From: an uncultured Nitrospinota bacterium
GTDB taxonomy: Bacteria > Tectomicrobia > Entotheonellia > J063 > CAVPRW01
NCBI GenBank assembly: GCA_963707985.1
Contig: CAVPRW010000023.1
Location: 128,001 to 192,000, forward strand
Reading direction: 5' to 3'
DNA length: 64,000 nucleotides
Under the pieces are notes generated by a model. The model saw nothing but the letters and a program-made list of their open reading frames with translations. It was not told the origin of the DNA and did not search any database. Made by a program: the position numbers and the translations under genes. How positions within the stretch are numbered: the stretch's first letter is position 1; each line of letters opens with the position of its first letter. Shown here in pieces: positions 21,057 through 32,007 of the stretch.

Positions 21057-22178
21057 ATGTGGGACGATGTTTTGCATGCGATTCCCACCACCTTCGATCT
21101 GCTGGCCCTGGTCATCTGCCTGGGGACTCTGGGTTGTCGCCTCTGGGTTCTTCCCGGGCTGACGGCGGTGCCGGGCGCGATCGGTGTCGAGGCCGTCCTC
21201 GTCTCTCTGTGGCGGTTGCTGGTCATGGGCATCGCCGCCTTGACCCTTAGCAGCCTCATGGATCTCGTGGGTCGCACCGCTGAGATGAGCGGCCTACCGC
21301 TGTCGGCCATCCCGCCTGTGCTGCCGACAGTTCTCTCTCAAACTCACTATGGCTGGGTATGGCTCATGCGTCCTATAGCCCTCACTGGGCTCTGGCTGGG
21401 ATGGTGGATGGGAAGAAGGAACGTTCGCGCGCGGCTCATCCCCGCTGTGATGTTGGGCGCCGGGGCCCTGATAGCAATGACACGCAGCGCTTCCGGACAC
21501 GCGGCCGACTGGGGAGACCCGACGTTTCCCGAGCTCATCGACTGGGTGCACCTGATGGCGAGCTCTTTCTGGGGCGGCGGACTGTTCGCCCTATCGATCG
21601 CGATTCTGCCGGCCGCCTTCAGACTCCCAACCCGGCGACGACAATGCATCGCCACGATCGCTCAACGGTTTTCCAACCTGGCGGGCGTCACGCTGGCAGG
21701 GGTATTGCTGACCGGCCTCTACAATGCGTGGGTGCAATTGGGGACTATCAGGGCACTGTGGGAGGTGTCATATGGTCGCATGCTGCTCGTCAAGCTGCTC
21801 CTAGTGGTCCCGCTGGTCGCCTTCGGGGCCTCTAATCATTACACAAGCGTTCCACTCCTGCGACGGTGCTCAGTACGCCCTGGTCCAAGGCGCGCGCGAC
21901 CACGCATCTTGGTGGCCATGCAACTCCGCACCACCGGTCAAGGTCGGCCGCGAGCGGTTCGGCGCGTCCGTCGATTTGCCCGGAAGGTAAGGGCCGAAGT
22001 CATTTTCGTCGCGGGGATTCTGATCTGCACAGCCCTTCTTCTGCATGGGGCACCCGCTCGCCATGCGATGCACCGTGAGCACAGCGTGATGTTCCCGGAG
22101 GCGCCATCGGGACCGGCGGGTCAGTTGCTGGGTTCGGTGCGGATCTCTGTCCGAGTGGGATTAGAAAGGTCCTGGTAG
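21057..22178 (+). CDS. copD: Copper resistance protein CopD
   Basis: Multi-TM; SGHAAD, DWVHLMASSFWGGGL, RFSNLA, YGRMLLVKL. Confidence 0.9.
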   Translation: MWDDVLHAIPTTFDLLALVICLGTLGCRLWVLPGLTAVPGAIGVEAVLVSLWRLLVMGIAALTLSSLMDLVGRTAEMSGLPLSAIPPVLPTVLSQTHYGWVWLMRPIALTGLWLGWWMGRRNVRARLIPAVMLGAGALIAMTRSASGHAADWGDPTFPELIDWVHLMASSFWGGGLFALSIAILPAAFRLPTRRRQCIATIAQRFSNLAGVTLAGVLLTGLYNAWVQLGTIRALWEVSYGRMLLVKLLLVVPLVAFGASNHYTSVPLLRRCSVRPGPRRARPRILVAMQLRTTGQGRPRAVRRVRRFARKVRAEVIFVAGILICTALLLHGAPARHAMHREHSVMFPEAPSGPAGQLLGSVRISVRVGLERSW

Positions 22179-22323
22179 GGGTTGGCATCATAACAAAGAT
22201 CCCTATTGCTGCGGATTTGATATGATAGGGTAGTCATAACTCGTGGGTGAGGCGATTGTCTGCCAGCGCTGCTGGTGCCAATCGCCATCAGCGGTCCTGG
22301 GAAGACACGAGAGGAGTGGGGAC

Positions 22324-24490
22324 ATGAGGACGACACGAGGATTATACAAAGGCATGGTAGCGGTTGGCTGCGCCGTGCTGCTGATCGCCTCGTCGGCCCG
22401 ACTGGGCGCCCAGCAGAGCACCGACCCGGCGATCCGTATCGGCAACACTGATCTCGGCGGCATGGTCACTGGCCCGCATGGGCCGGAAGCCGGCGTCTGG
22501 GTGATAGCAGAAACGACCGACCTTCCCACGAAATTCGCCAAGATCGTGGTCACCGACGATCGTGGACGTTATGTCATGCCCGATTTGCCGAGCGCGAATT
22601 ACCGCGTGTGGGTGCGCGGTTACGGCCTCGTCGATTCGCCCAAGGTCCAGACCATGCCGGGGAAGCTCCTCAACCTGCAGGCGGTAGCGGCGACGAATGC
22701 GGCCGCCGCGGCGGAATTACTACCCGGCGATCTATTGGTACTCGATGCTCAAGATCCCGGCCAAGAGCGAGTTCCCCGGCACGGGGCCTGACGGTAACGG
22801 CATGGCAGCGGACATGAAGAGCCAGGCCGATTGGCTGGCCAGCGTCAAGAGCCTCGGCTGCATGTCGTGTCACGCGCTGGGCACGATTGGGACGCGCACG
22901 ATTCCGAAGGAACTGGGTGAATTCAAGAGCTCCACCGAGGCATGGCAGCGACGCATCCAGTCCGGACAAGCGATGGCCCAAATGAATAATGTCGTCGGCC
23001 GACTCGGGCCGCAGCGCTCCCTCACGTTATGGGCCGATTGGACCGATCGCATCGCTGCCGGTGAGTTGCCGTTCGCTATGCCGGAGCGGCCGCAAGGGAT
23101 CGAGCGCAACATCGTCCTCACACTGTGGGACTGGAGTCGCCCCACGGCCTACTTACACGATTTGATCGGGACCGATCGGCGCAATCCCACGCTCTACCCG
23201 AATGGCAAGTTCTACGGGTCGTCGGAGGAGAGCACGGATTATGTGCCGATCCTCGATCCGGTGATGCATACGGCGGCCGAGGTCAAACATCCGGTCCGCG
23301 ACCCGCAGACACCGTCCTCAAGGAGTGCCCCGATGATGCCCTCTCCATACTGGGGGGCGGACCCCATCTGGGATAGCCAGACCAGCAATCACAACCCGAT
23401 GATGGACGAAAAGGGACGGGTCTGGTTCACTGTGCGAGTGCGCCCACCGGCCAATCCTGATTTCTGCAAAAAGGGGTCGGACCATCCATCGGCAAAGGTA
23501 TTCCCGATCGAGCAGGCGAACCGGCATCTCTCCATGTACGATCCGGCCACGGGCAAGTTTACGCTCATTAGCACCTGCTTCCCCACCCATCACCTGATCT
23601 TTGCCGAGGACCCCAACAACACGCTGTGGACCAGCGCCGGCGGACCCAACAGCGGCGTGGTCGGCTGGCTGAACCGCAAGATGTATGAGGAGACCGGCGA
23701 CGAGGTGAGGTCACAAGGTTGGACACCGTTCATCCTCGATACCAATGGTAACGGCAAAAGGGACGAGTATGTCGAGCCCGATCAACCAGTCGATCCCAAC
23801 AAGGATAAACGGGTCGTGGCGGGCTTGTACAGCGTGAATGTGAACCCGGTCGATGGCTCGGTCTGGGGCACGTCGCTGGGAGTCCCCGGTTACGTCGTGC
23901 GCGTCGCCCCAGGAGCAGACCCGGCACACACCGCCATCACCGAAATCTATGAGCCGGCGTTTCCAGGCTACGGGCCGCGCGGCGGCGACATCGATCGCAA
24001 CGGCGTCTATTGGGCGTCGCTGGCCAGCGGCCATCTGGCGAGCTTCGACCGGACGAAGTGCAAAGGGCCACTCAACGGACCGAGTGCGACCGGTAAGCAC
24101 TGCCCCGAAGGCTGGACCTACTATCGGTTGCCCGGACCGCAGTTCAGGGACGTGCCGGACGACGGCAGCGCCGAGGCGAGCTATTACACCTGGGTGGATT
24201 GGTTCGATACGTCTGGGCTTGGGAAAAACGTGCCGATCGCCACGGGCAACATGAACGACGCCCTGCTCGCCCTGGTGAATGGGCAGTTCGTCACGCTGCG
24301 CGTGCCCTATCCGATTGGCTTTTTCACCAAATGGATGGAAGGGCGTATCGACGATGCAAATGCCGGCTGGAAGGGCAGAGCGCTGTGGACGACCTACTCC
24401 ACCAGAACCGTGTTCCACCTCGAAGGCGGCAAGGAGAACCGTCCCAAAGTCGTGAAGTTCCAGCTACGCCCCGATCCGCTGGCGCAGTGA
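22324..24490 (+). CDS. Secreted carboxypeptidase-regulatory-like domain / beta-propeller protein with one CxxCH motif; one frameshift near 22715
   Basis: GPEAGVWVIAETTDLPTKFAKIVVTDDRGRY..VWVRGYGLVDS, then YYPAIYWYSML..GCMSCH..FQLRPDPLA in the next frame. Confidence 0.8.
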
Positions 24491-24634
24491 ACGGGAGCAC
24501 CAAGGGGAATACCGGGGCTCCAAGCGCTGCAGCCATCTGGGGGATTGTTGCCTCTTGTCGGCTATGGCCACATCGGCTAAGATCCCCCTTCCTAAAACTC
24601 TAAGCACCCTTTCGATAGATGAAGGAGGAGAACT

Positions 24635-25736
24635 GTGAAAATCACCGACGTGAGCGTCACGATGTTTAACTGGAAAAGCGCACCCTGGCGGACAGGGACA
24701 GGGGGTTTTGGCGGCCCCAGACTCCTGGGAGTGGTCACCGTGCACACCGACGAAGGGGTCGAGGGCCATGCCTTCCTCGGCTCCTCCAGGCAGGGTGCCG
24801 ATGCCTACGCCGGGCCGCTGCTAGAGTTCGTCAAACCGGCTATCGTCGGCGCCAATCCCCTCGATATCGGCGCCATCTGGCAGCGGATGTGGAAGATGAA
24901 TCGCTCCGTCTCGACCAACGCCATCGGCGCCGTGGATGTGGCTCTGTGGGATATCGCCGGTAAAGTGGCCGGTCTGCCCATTCACCGCCTCTTGGGCACC
25001 TGTCGCGATCGGGTGCCTGCCTACGCCAGCTCAGCGTATCTCCCAACCCCTGAAGCCTACGGTGAAGAAGCGCAACGCTTTCAATCCATGGGATGGACCG
25101 CCTACAAGATCCACCCACACGCGATCCCCCGTGATGACATCAAGATTTGCCAGGCGGTGCGCAAGGCCGTCGGCGACGACATGATCCTGATGCTGGACTC
25201 CATGTGGTCGTATGGCTATGCAGACGCTGTGCGGGTGGGCCGCGCCATCGAAGCCCTCGAATTATTTTTGGTATGAAGACCCGCTCGTGGAAGAAGACCT
25301 GTACAATTACATCAAGCTCCGACAGAAGCTGGACATCCCCATCATGTCTACCGAATATGCGCCCGGCCGATTCTACGGCATGGCCCAATGGGTGCAACAG
25401 ATGGCGACCGATATTTTGCGGGGCGATGTGGCGGTGACCGGCGGTATCAGCCCATTGATCAAAATCGCCCATCTCGCCGAGGCCTTCTGCCTGAAGTGCG
25501 AAATCCACCATGGCGGCAACTCGCTGAATAACGTCGCCAACCTGCACGTCATCATGGCCATCACCAACTGCGATTACTACGAGGTGTTTCCAGCCAGTGG
25601 CGCCAACAAATTTGGCCTGGTCAAGGATGTCGAAGTGGACGACCAGGGTCTGATCTACGCTCCGGAGAAACCGGGATTGGGGTATGAGATCGATTGGGAG
25701 TTGATCAGGCGCGAAACGGTGCAAGTCGTCAAGTAG
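24635..25736 (+). CDS. Mandelate racemase/muconate-lactonizing (enolase superfamily) enzyme; frameshift near 25265
   Basis: AVDVALWDIAGK, YKIH, LMLD, WYEDP, EIHH across ORFs 24635..25276 and 25212..25736. Confidence 0.9.
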
Positions 25737-25755
25737 GGCATTGGTGAAAGGAGTG

Positions 25756-26820
25756 ATGATGGACATTGGTATTGGCTTGGATGCGACTCTAAACCTTTCC
25801 TTTGCCGACCAGGCAAACCTCGTCCAGGAAGCTGCCCGGTTAGGCTACACCAACATCTGGACACCAGAGGGTACAGGGCAGGACTCCTTCCAGCTCTGCA
25901 GCCACCGCTGGGCCGCGAGCCGTCAGGTGACGGCGGAGGGATTGACCACGGGCATTGGAGTGTCGCCCGTGTTGTATCGGACTCCCGTCGCCTTTGCCAT
26001 GAGTGGAGGCACCGTCAGCCAGCTGACGGGGGGTCGCTTCATCATGGGGATTGGTGCCGGAGGCGCCTACCGGCCTGGCACGCGCCAGTCCCTTGGGCTG
26101 TCACGATTTTCGACGCTGGCCCTGATGCGGGACTATCTTGTGACCGTGCGCGCGCTGGTCGCAGGCGAAGAAGTCACCTATCAGGGTGAAGTGGTGACCC
26201 TACGTGGGGTCAAATTGGCCATCACGCCTCCGCCCCGCACGCCGGTCTACTTGGGGGCTCTGGGGCCGGAGATGCTGCGCCTGGGTGGTGAGCTGGCTGA
26301 TGGCATCTGCCTGAACTGGTGTTCTCCGGAGCAGATTGCCTGGAGCCGAGAACGCATCGCCGAAGGCGCGGCGCGGGTCGGCCGTGACCCCAGCGGCGTG
26401 CAAGTGGCAGAGTATATCCGGGTCTGTGTCGACCAGGACATCGATGTGGCGCGGCGCGCCTTTGCCCGCTCGACCATGGGCTATGCCCTGGGCCAGCGAG
26501 TCCCGACGGAACGTGAGCGGCGGCAGAGCTATCGCGCCCATTTTGAGCGCATGGGCTTCACCGAGGCACTGGCCGAGCTGGATCGGATGCGGCAGCGGGG
26601 CGCATCGGCTGACGAGGTTGCCGATGCCTTCCCTCCAGAGCTCCTCAAGCGCGTGGGCTACTACGGCACACCGGAAGAGGCGGCTGGAGCGTTTCGACGC
26701 CTGGCAGAGGGGCTGGATATGGCCATCGTCAGGGTGGTTGCCGCCCGACCAGGCGTTGCGTCAGTGCAGGCCGTGCTGCAAGCCTGCCGGCCCGAGTTGG
26801 TCCGCCGCAGTAGTGATTAA
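25756..26820 (+). CDS. LLM-class flavin-dependent oxidoreductase
   Basis: IWTPEG, GGRFIMGIG, PVYLGALGPEMLRLGGELADG. Confidence 0.92.
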   Translation: MMDIGIGLDATLNLSFADQANLVQEAARLGYTNIWTPEGTGQDSFQLCSHRWAASRQVTAEGLTTGIGVSPVLYRTPVAFAMSGGTVSQLTGGRFIMGIGAGGAYRPGTRQSLGLSRFSTLALMRDYLVTVRALVAGEEVTYQGEVVTLRGVKLAITPPPRTPVYLGALGPEMLRLGGELADGICLNWCSPEQIAWSRERIAEGAARVGRDPSGVQVAEYIRVCVDQDIDVARRAFARSTMGYALGQRVPTERERRQSYRAHFERMGFTEALAELDRMRQRGASADEVADAFPPELLKRVGYYGTPEEAAGAFRRLAEGLDMAIVRVVAARPGVASVQAVLQACRPELVRRSSD

Positions 26821-26867
26821 AGAACCGCGCCCTGTCAAAGCCAGATTCGGCCTCAGGGCGCCTCAGC

Positions 26868-27512
26868 TCAGTCTTGTGCCCAGCCGCGGAGGCGCTGGTG
26901 CACGATGGCCACCCAGCCCATATAGTCCTCCGTGACTTGCATGTCGGCCGCCTGGCTGATGTAATGGCGGGCGTGTTGCGGATCGTGCTCCGCCTCGAAA
27001 TAGAGTCCCACGTAGAGAGCGCTGTAAAAGCGCTGACGTCGTCCGGCGTCGCCGTATTGAGTGATCACGGCCTCGGGCTGGCAGGTTCCGGCAAACAGTT
27101 GATACACCCAGCTCATCACTGGACGGGAATCGTCCCGCACCGGTAACAGGGCCAGACGTGCAGCGTCTGCGCCTTGTGCCTGTGCCTGACAGAGATAGCG
27201 CCAGACCGTTTCCTCAACATCGTGCCCGTTGACTGTCAGGTCCGTCTCAAACTGTTGGGCACCGTCCTCAAAGCGCTCGGCATAGTAATACGCAATGCCG
27301 CGCTGCCACAGATACGGGGTCAAGGCAGGGTTCAAGCGTTCGGCTCGATCGAAGTCGTCGATCGATGCGGCAATGTTCCCCAACTGAAACAACGCCATGC
27401 CCCGTTTGATGTAGAGTTGGGTGTTCTGTGAGTCAGCTTCGAGGGCTGTCGTGAGGCGCTGAATTTCGTTGGTCACAGGTGAGACATCAAGCCGCTTGAT
27501 CTTTTCGGTCAT
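26868..27512 (-). CDS. Tetratricopeptide-repeat protein
   Basis: YIKRGMALFQLG..SIDDFDRA..PYLWQRGIAYYYA..D.EETVW. Confidence 0.85.
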   Translation of the reverse strand: MTEKIKRLDVSPVTNEIQRLTTALEADSQNTQLYIKRGMALFQLGNIAASIDDFDRAERLNPALTPYLWQRGIAYYYAERFEDGAQQFETDLTVNGHDVEETVWRYLCQAQAQGADAARLALLPVRDDSRPVMSWVYQLFAGTCQPEAVITQYGDAGRRQRFYSALYVGLYFEAEHDPQHARHYISQAADMQVTEDYMGWVAIVHQRLRGWAQD

Positions 27513-27777
27513 CGCATGACCCCTTGCCTAGATTTTCAAGCCCACGTCACGGCAGACCAGTAGCACACTACTGCTGCCCATGGTCGGTGTCAATCCGATT
27601 TTACCCAGCTGGACACCCATTGGCGCCTCTCCCACTCCATGATTGACCTGCTGCAGTATTTCCTCTATCCTCTCGCCATACGTCTAAAGGCCATCCAGAC
27701 GAGCAGCGTTTCTTCAGCCCGTTATCGGTGTTGATGGGTACGATTGTGGCATAGATATGGGAAACAGGAGGCAAACC

Positions 27778-29448
27778 ATGAAAGTTAAAGCGGCACAAGG
27801 TCTGGCCCGGATACTCAAAGCTGAAGGCGTCCCCTGGGTCGCCTGCTACCCGACGAATCATGTGAACAATGCGCTTGGGGCGGAGGAGGTGCCGATCCTG
27901 ATGATGCGTGAAGAGCGCTATGCGGTCGCTGTGGCCGATGCCTTCTCGCGTGTCACAGGGGGCAAGCAGATTGGCGTCTGTACCCTCATGGGCGGGCTGA
28001 ACGCCGCCGGCATCCAGATGGCGTACGGTGCTGTGGCCCAGGCCTTTGAGGACTCCTCGCCGATCCTGGTCATTACCGCCGGGGTGGGTCAGGGAGGTAG
28101 CAATCATACCCACTATGATATCCCACACGCGTTCCAATCCGTGACCAAATGGGTCGGTAGTGTGGACAAAGCCGAATTGATCCCCGATTTCGCACGGCGA
28201 GCCTTCACCCAGTTGCGCTCGGGTCGTCCAGGCCCAGTGCTGCTCGTCGTCCCCCCAAACCTTGGCGAGTATGACGAAGACGAATACCCCTATACGCCGG
28301 TGAAAGGCTGGAAATCAGCCCCCGATCCGGACGACGTGAAGGCAGCTGTCAAGGCGTTATTACAGGCTGAGAACCCTCTGCTCCACGTGGGTGAGGGGGT
28401 CTTCTACGGCCAGGCAACCGACGAGCTGCTGCAGTTCGCCGAACTGGCTCAAGTGCCCGTGCTGACCACCCTGAAGGCCAAGAGCGCTTTCCCGGAGAAC
28501 CACCCTCTCGCCGTGGGCGTCCGTGGTTCGTTGGCCGAACATTTTCTGAACAAGTGCGACCTGCTGTTCTCCATCGGTTCCAGCCTTTTCCCCAATCGGT
28601 TCAGCCATGCTGTCCCTGACGCCAAGCACAAGACCATCGTGCAGTGCACGGTTGATACGCTGGACATCAACCGCAGCTACGAGACCAAATATGCCGTGAT
28701 CGGCGATGCCAAATTCACCCTGCAGGCGCTGATCCAGGAGTTCTCGGCGCAGACGGGCGGGGGTGTACGCAAGAATCAGGTGCTGCTCGATGAGATCAAG
28801 GCGGGTAAGGAGGAGTTTCTGGCCAAATATCGCCCGCTCCTGGAGTCCCATGAGAAGCCGATGAACCCCTACCGGGTCTATGGTGACTTGATGAAGATCC
28901 TCGACCCCAAGAGCTCATTCGTGACCGGCGACTCCGGCAACACCCGCGACCAGATCAGCACGGTCTACGAAGCCCAGATTCCGCATGGCTTCCTGGGCTG
29001 GGGTAACGTCTCGACGCTGGGCTTCAGCCTGGCGGCAGCGGTGGGGGCGAAATTGGCCTATCCGGATCGACAGTGCATCAATATCACCGGTGATGCGGGC
29101 GTGTCCTATATGATGGGCAATTTCGAGGCTCTCACCCGCTATGGCATTGGTGTCACCACCATTCATATCAACAACGGTGGCTTCGCCGGATATGGTCCAG
29201 GATTCTGGGGCGGTGGACATGACCCCTATACCCATGCGGTCTCCGATCACGAAAAGGCCTGCATGGCCACCATGGCCAGAGCGCAGGGCTTTCATGCCGA
29301 GGATGTGACGGAGCCGTCGGAGATCATTCCCGCGTTGCGGCGCGCGTTTGAAGCCAATGCCAAGAGCCAGCCGGCCTATCTGGAGTTTATCTGCTCACAG
29401 CATCCGGTCTATGCAGGCTGGGTCCGAGACGCTGGAGTCGGCCACTAG
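27778..29448 (+). CDS. Thiamine-pyrophosphate-dependent enzyme (acetolactate synthase-like)
   Basis: REERYAVAVADA, GRPGPV, TPP motif GDAG..INNGG. Confidence 0.93.
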   Translation: MKVKAAQGLARILKAEGVPWVACYPTNHVNNALGAEEVPILMMREERYAVAVADAFSRVTGGKQIGVCTLMGGLNAAGIQMAYGAVAQAFEDSSPILVITAGVGQGGSNHTHYDIPHAFQSVTKWVGSVDKAELIPDFARRAFTQLRSGRPGPVLLVVPPNLGEYDEDEYPYTPVKGWKSAPDPDDVKAAVKALLQAENPLLHVGEGVFYGQATDELLQFAELAQVPVLTTLKAKSAFPENHPLAVGVRGSLAEHFLNKCDLLFSIGSSLFPNRFSHAVPDAKHKTIVQCTVDTLDINRSYETKYAVIGDAKFTLQALIQEFSAQTGGGVRKNQVLLDEIKAGKEEFLAKYRPLLESHEKPMNPYRVYGDLMKILDPKSSFVTGDSGNTRDQISTVYEAQIPHGFLGWGNVSTLGFSLAAAVGAKLAYPDRQCINITGDAGVSYMMGNFEALTRYGIGVTTIHINNGGFAGYGPGFWGGGHDPYTHAVSDHEKACMATMARAQGFHAEDVTEPSEIIPALRRAFEANAKSQPAYLEFICSQHPVYAGWVRDAGVGH

Positions 29449-29551
29449 ACGCCTGGCCAGCGAGGCCGTCCGGTGCCAGCCATGCGGACGGCCTCCTCTC
29501 GGCCGGCGCATAGCGTTCCCTAGCCAGAGCAGCCAACGCAGGAGGTGTGCC

Positions 29552-30724
29552 ATGCGAAACGGCTACCGCGTCTATGACAGCGATACACATATCGGGCCAT
29601 CGGCCGACACCCTCGACAAGTACCTCTCGTCCCGCGTGCGCGAGCTGGTGCCCGACCTGGAGCGCCGTAAAGTGCCCCAAAAGCGGCACTCGACAGGCCT
29701 GGAGTACGATCCACCATACCCGACGCGCTTTCGCCTCAGCCGCGGCGGGGCCGTCGGCGGTTGGGGAGCCGATGTGCCACGCGTGCTCGGCGAGGCAGCG
29801 CCACGTGCCACGGCAGGCGGTGCCTCCGGCCGGTTCATGGGCACGAAGTATCCGCAATTGCATACCGATGACTGGGATGCCGACGGACGCCTCAGCGATA
29901 TGGATGTGGAGGGCGTCGACGTCCAGCTCCTGGTCAATCCCGGCGGACCCAGCGGACATGAGCACCCTGACGTCAACATCGAGTTCATGCGGGCGCAACA
30001 TCGCTATCTGGACGACTTCTGCGGCCATAACCCGCACCGCCTCAAGTCGATGATCGGCGTCAGCGCCAACTACATCGAGGCGTCGGTGGCGGAGATCAGA
30101 CGGTGGAGCCGCGCGCCCTGGGCCGTCGGTGTCTACATCAACTTGCCGATCGACTACCCGCTGGACCATCCCGACCTGCATCCGATCTGGCAAGCTATCG
30201 ACGAGGCCGGGCTGTGTTTCATCCACCACAGCTTCTCACAGGGCTACCCAGGCTACCGTGACCTGTGGAACAACCCTTTCCTCGGCCGCACCGCCTCTCA
30301 TCCCTGGGGCGCCATGCGCGCCATGGGGGCCTTCTTTGGGGCAGGGCTCTTCGATCGCTATGCAAATCTGCGCTTTGCTGTGCTGGAATCAGGCTTTGGC
30401 TGGATCCCGTTCTGGGTTGCCCGCATGGAAGATCAGGCACACTACATGGGTTTCGTGGCCGAGGGCCTGCAGCACACTATGCTGGAATACACCACCAGCG
30501 GCCGTTTCTTCGCCTCGATCGTGCTGCATGAAGGTGGCCAGATGGTGAAGCTGGTATCGGACTACCTCGGCGATCAGCTGCTGATGTTCAGCACGGACTA
30601 CCCGCACCCCGAGACCCGCTTTCCTGAGTCTGTCGATCTGACGTTGAGCTGGAAGGAGCTGAGTCCTGACCTCATGCGCAAGATTCTCTGGGACAACGCC
30701 GTGAAGGCTTTCGGGGCGCCCTGA
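29552..30724 (+). CDS. Amidohydrolase_2 family protein
   Basis: VYDSDTHI, MDVEGVDVQ, LESGFGW, FSTDYPH, ILWDNA. Confidence 0.92.
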   Translation: MRNGYRVYDSDTHIGPSADTLDKYLSSRVRELVPDLERRKVPQKRHSTGLEYDPPYPTRFRLSRGGAVGGWGADVPRVLGEAAPRATAGGASGRFMGTKYPQLHTDDWDADGRLSDMDVEGVDVQLLVNPGGPSGHEHPDVNIEFMRAQHRYLDDFCGHNPHRLKSMIGVSANYIEASVAEIRRWSRAPWAVGVYINLPIDYPLDHPDLHPIWQAIDEAGLCFIHHSFSQGYPGYRDLWNNPFLGRTASHPWGAMRAMGAFFGAGLFDRYANLRFAVLESGFGWIPFWVARMEDQAHYMGFVAEGLQHTMLEYTTSGRFFASIVLHEGGQMVKLVSDYLGDQLLMFSTDYPHPETRFPESVDLTLSWKELSPDLMRKILWDNAVKAFGAP

Positions 30725-30821
30725 GCCAGCACGAGTGCATGGCACGGAGCCCTATAGGCCCTGCCACACATAGGGGGTAACCTGGGAGGAGAGGATCAGC
30801 TACGGGGAGGTAAGCTAGCAT

Positions 30822-30854
30822 CTCCTGGGTCCAACTGGGAGTTGGACCCAGGAG
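30822..30854. terminator. Perfect 15-bp-stem hairpin between convergent genes
   Basis: ctcctgggtccaact-ggg-agttggacccaggag; no clear U-tract. Confidence 0.55.
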
Positions 30855-30942
30855 TATTACACCACAGAGTCGAGTGAACACCCCTTATCCCAACGCCTAT
30901 GTGGCTTGGGGACGAAGGGATGATCACGCCTACCTCCCTGCC

Positions 30943-31713
30943 TCAGCCACGCGGTACGCTGTCTCGCAAAGCCTTCTCAACACCCGGCAGGGCCGCGTTT
31001 AGCGCCCCTTCATTCAGGGTATCTGCTAGGCGGCTATATCCGGCGATGCGCACCAGGGAGGCGAAGTTCCCCTCCAGATACTCGATCGTCCAGGCGATCG
31101 AGTCCGTTACCCGCGCTTTGTTCAGGAAGATGCGATTGTTCTTACCCTGGGGGTCGTAGTGGAAGTGTGGCTCTTCGTCGAAGCAATCGAAGCGCAGGAG
31201 CTGCACCTCCTTGCCGTCCACGTCGCCGAGGACTCGCAGCGATGGCCCACGATCGTGCGCCGTAGTGCGGTAATCTACCGCGAAGCGCAGTCCACTTGCC
31301 TCCAGTCCCGCCATCTCCGTCGGGATGCTGTCGCGGAGTGCCTTTTCCACCGTCGGCAGAGCCGCGCACAGGACCCCTTCATCCAATTGATCGGCCAGTG
31401 CACCATACCCGGCAACACGCACCAGCGACGCGATGTTGCCGCGCATATAGTCCATAGACCAACTGATCGGATCCGACACCTTCGTCTTGTCCATCACAAG
31501 TTGGTTATTCTTGCCATCGGGATCATAGTGGAAATGTGGCGTTTGGTCGAAGCAGTCGAAGCGCAAGAGCTGCACCGGCTTGTCGTCGACATCGCCATAG
31601 ATCCGCAGTGACGGGCCGCGATCGTTGGCCGTCTTGCTATACCGCACGTTGAAGCGAAGCCCACCGACCCCAATCGACATCCCTTGTTGCGGTTGTGCAG
31701 TTGCAGTTGCCAT
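30943..31713 (-). CDS. Hypothetical protein made of two tandem copies of a ~120-aa domain
   Basis: GLRF.V.Y..TA.DRGPSLR..GDVD.K.VQLLRFDCFD..PHFHYDP.GKNN occurs twice. Confidence 0.85.
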   Translation of the reverse strand: MATATAQPQQGMSIGVGGLRFNVRYSKTANDRGPSLRIYGDVDDKPVQLLRFDCFDQTPHFHYDPDGKNNQLVMDKTKVSDPISWSMDYMRGNIASLVRVAGYGALADQLDEGVLCAALPTVEKALRDSIPTEMAGLEASGLRFAVDYRTTAHDRGPSLRVLGDVDGKEVQLLRFDCFDEEPHFHYDPQGKNNRIFLNKARVTDSIAWTIEYLEGNFASLVRIAGYSRLADTLNEGALNAALPGVEKALRDSVPRG

Positions 31714-32007
31714 TGGTGTGTCCCTCCTCGCGCGTGGATACCCCCATAACCTCTCTACCAATCCGCCAGATAAAGCGACATTAGTCTATCTGTGAGCTGG
31801 CGTCAACCGATCTTTTTCAGGAGCTGTATTGACGGGTGGTGTAAGCGTCATTACAGGCGACTGGACCACGATAAAGCTGAGCGGCTCGTTGCCACGGTAA
31901 TCAGTTGGAATTCATCATTAGAAAATGGCATGATGGCCTCCGGCGGCGAGGCATATTCTAGGCCTGTGTTTTCGACGCGGAAGTTGCGGAGGTTAAGGAG
32001 GGCGGAC

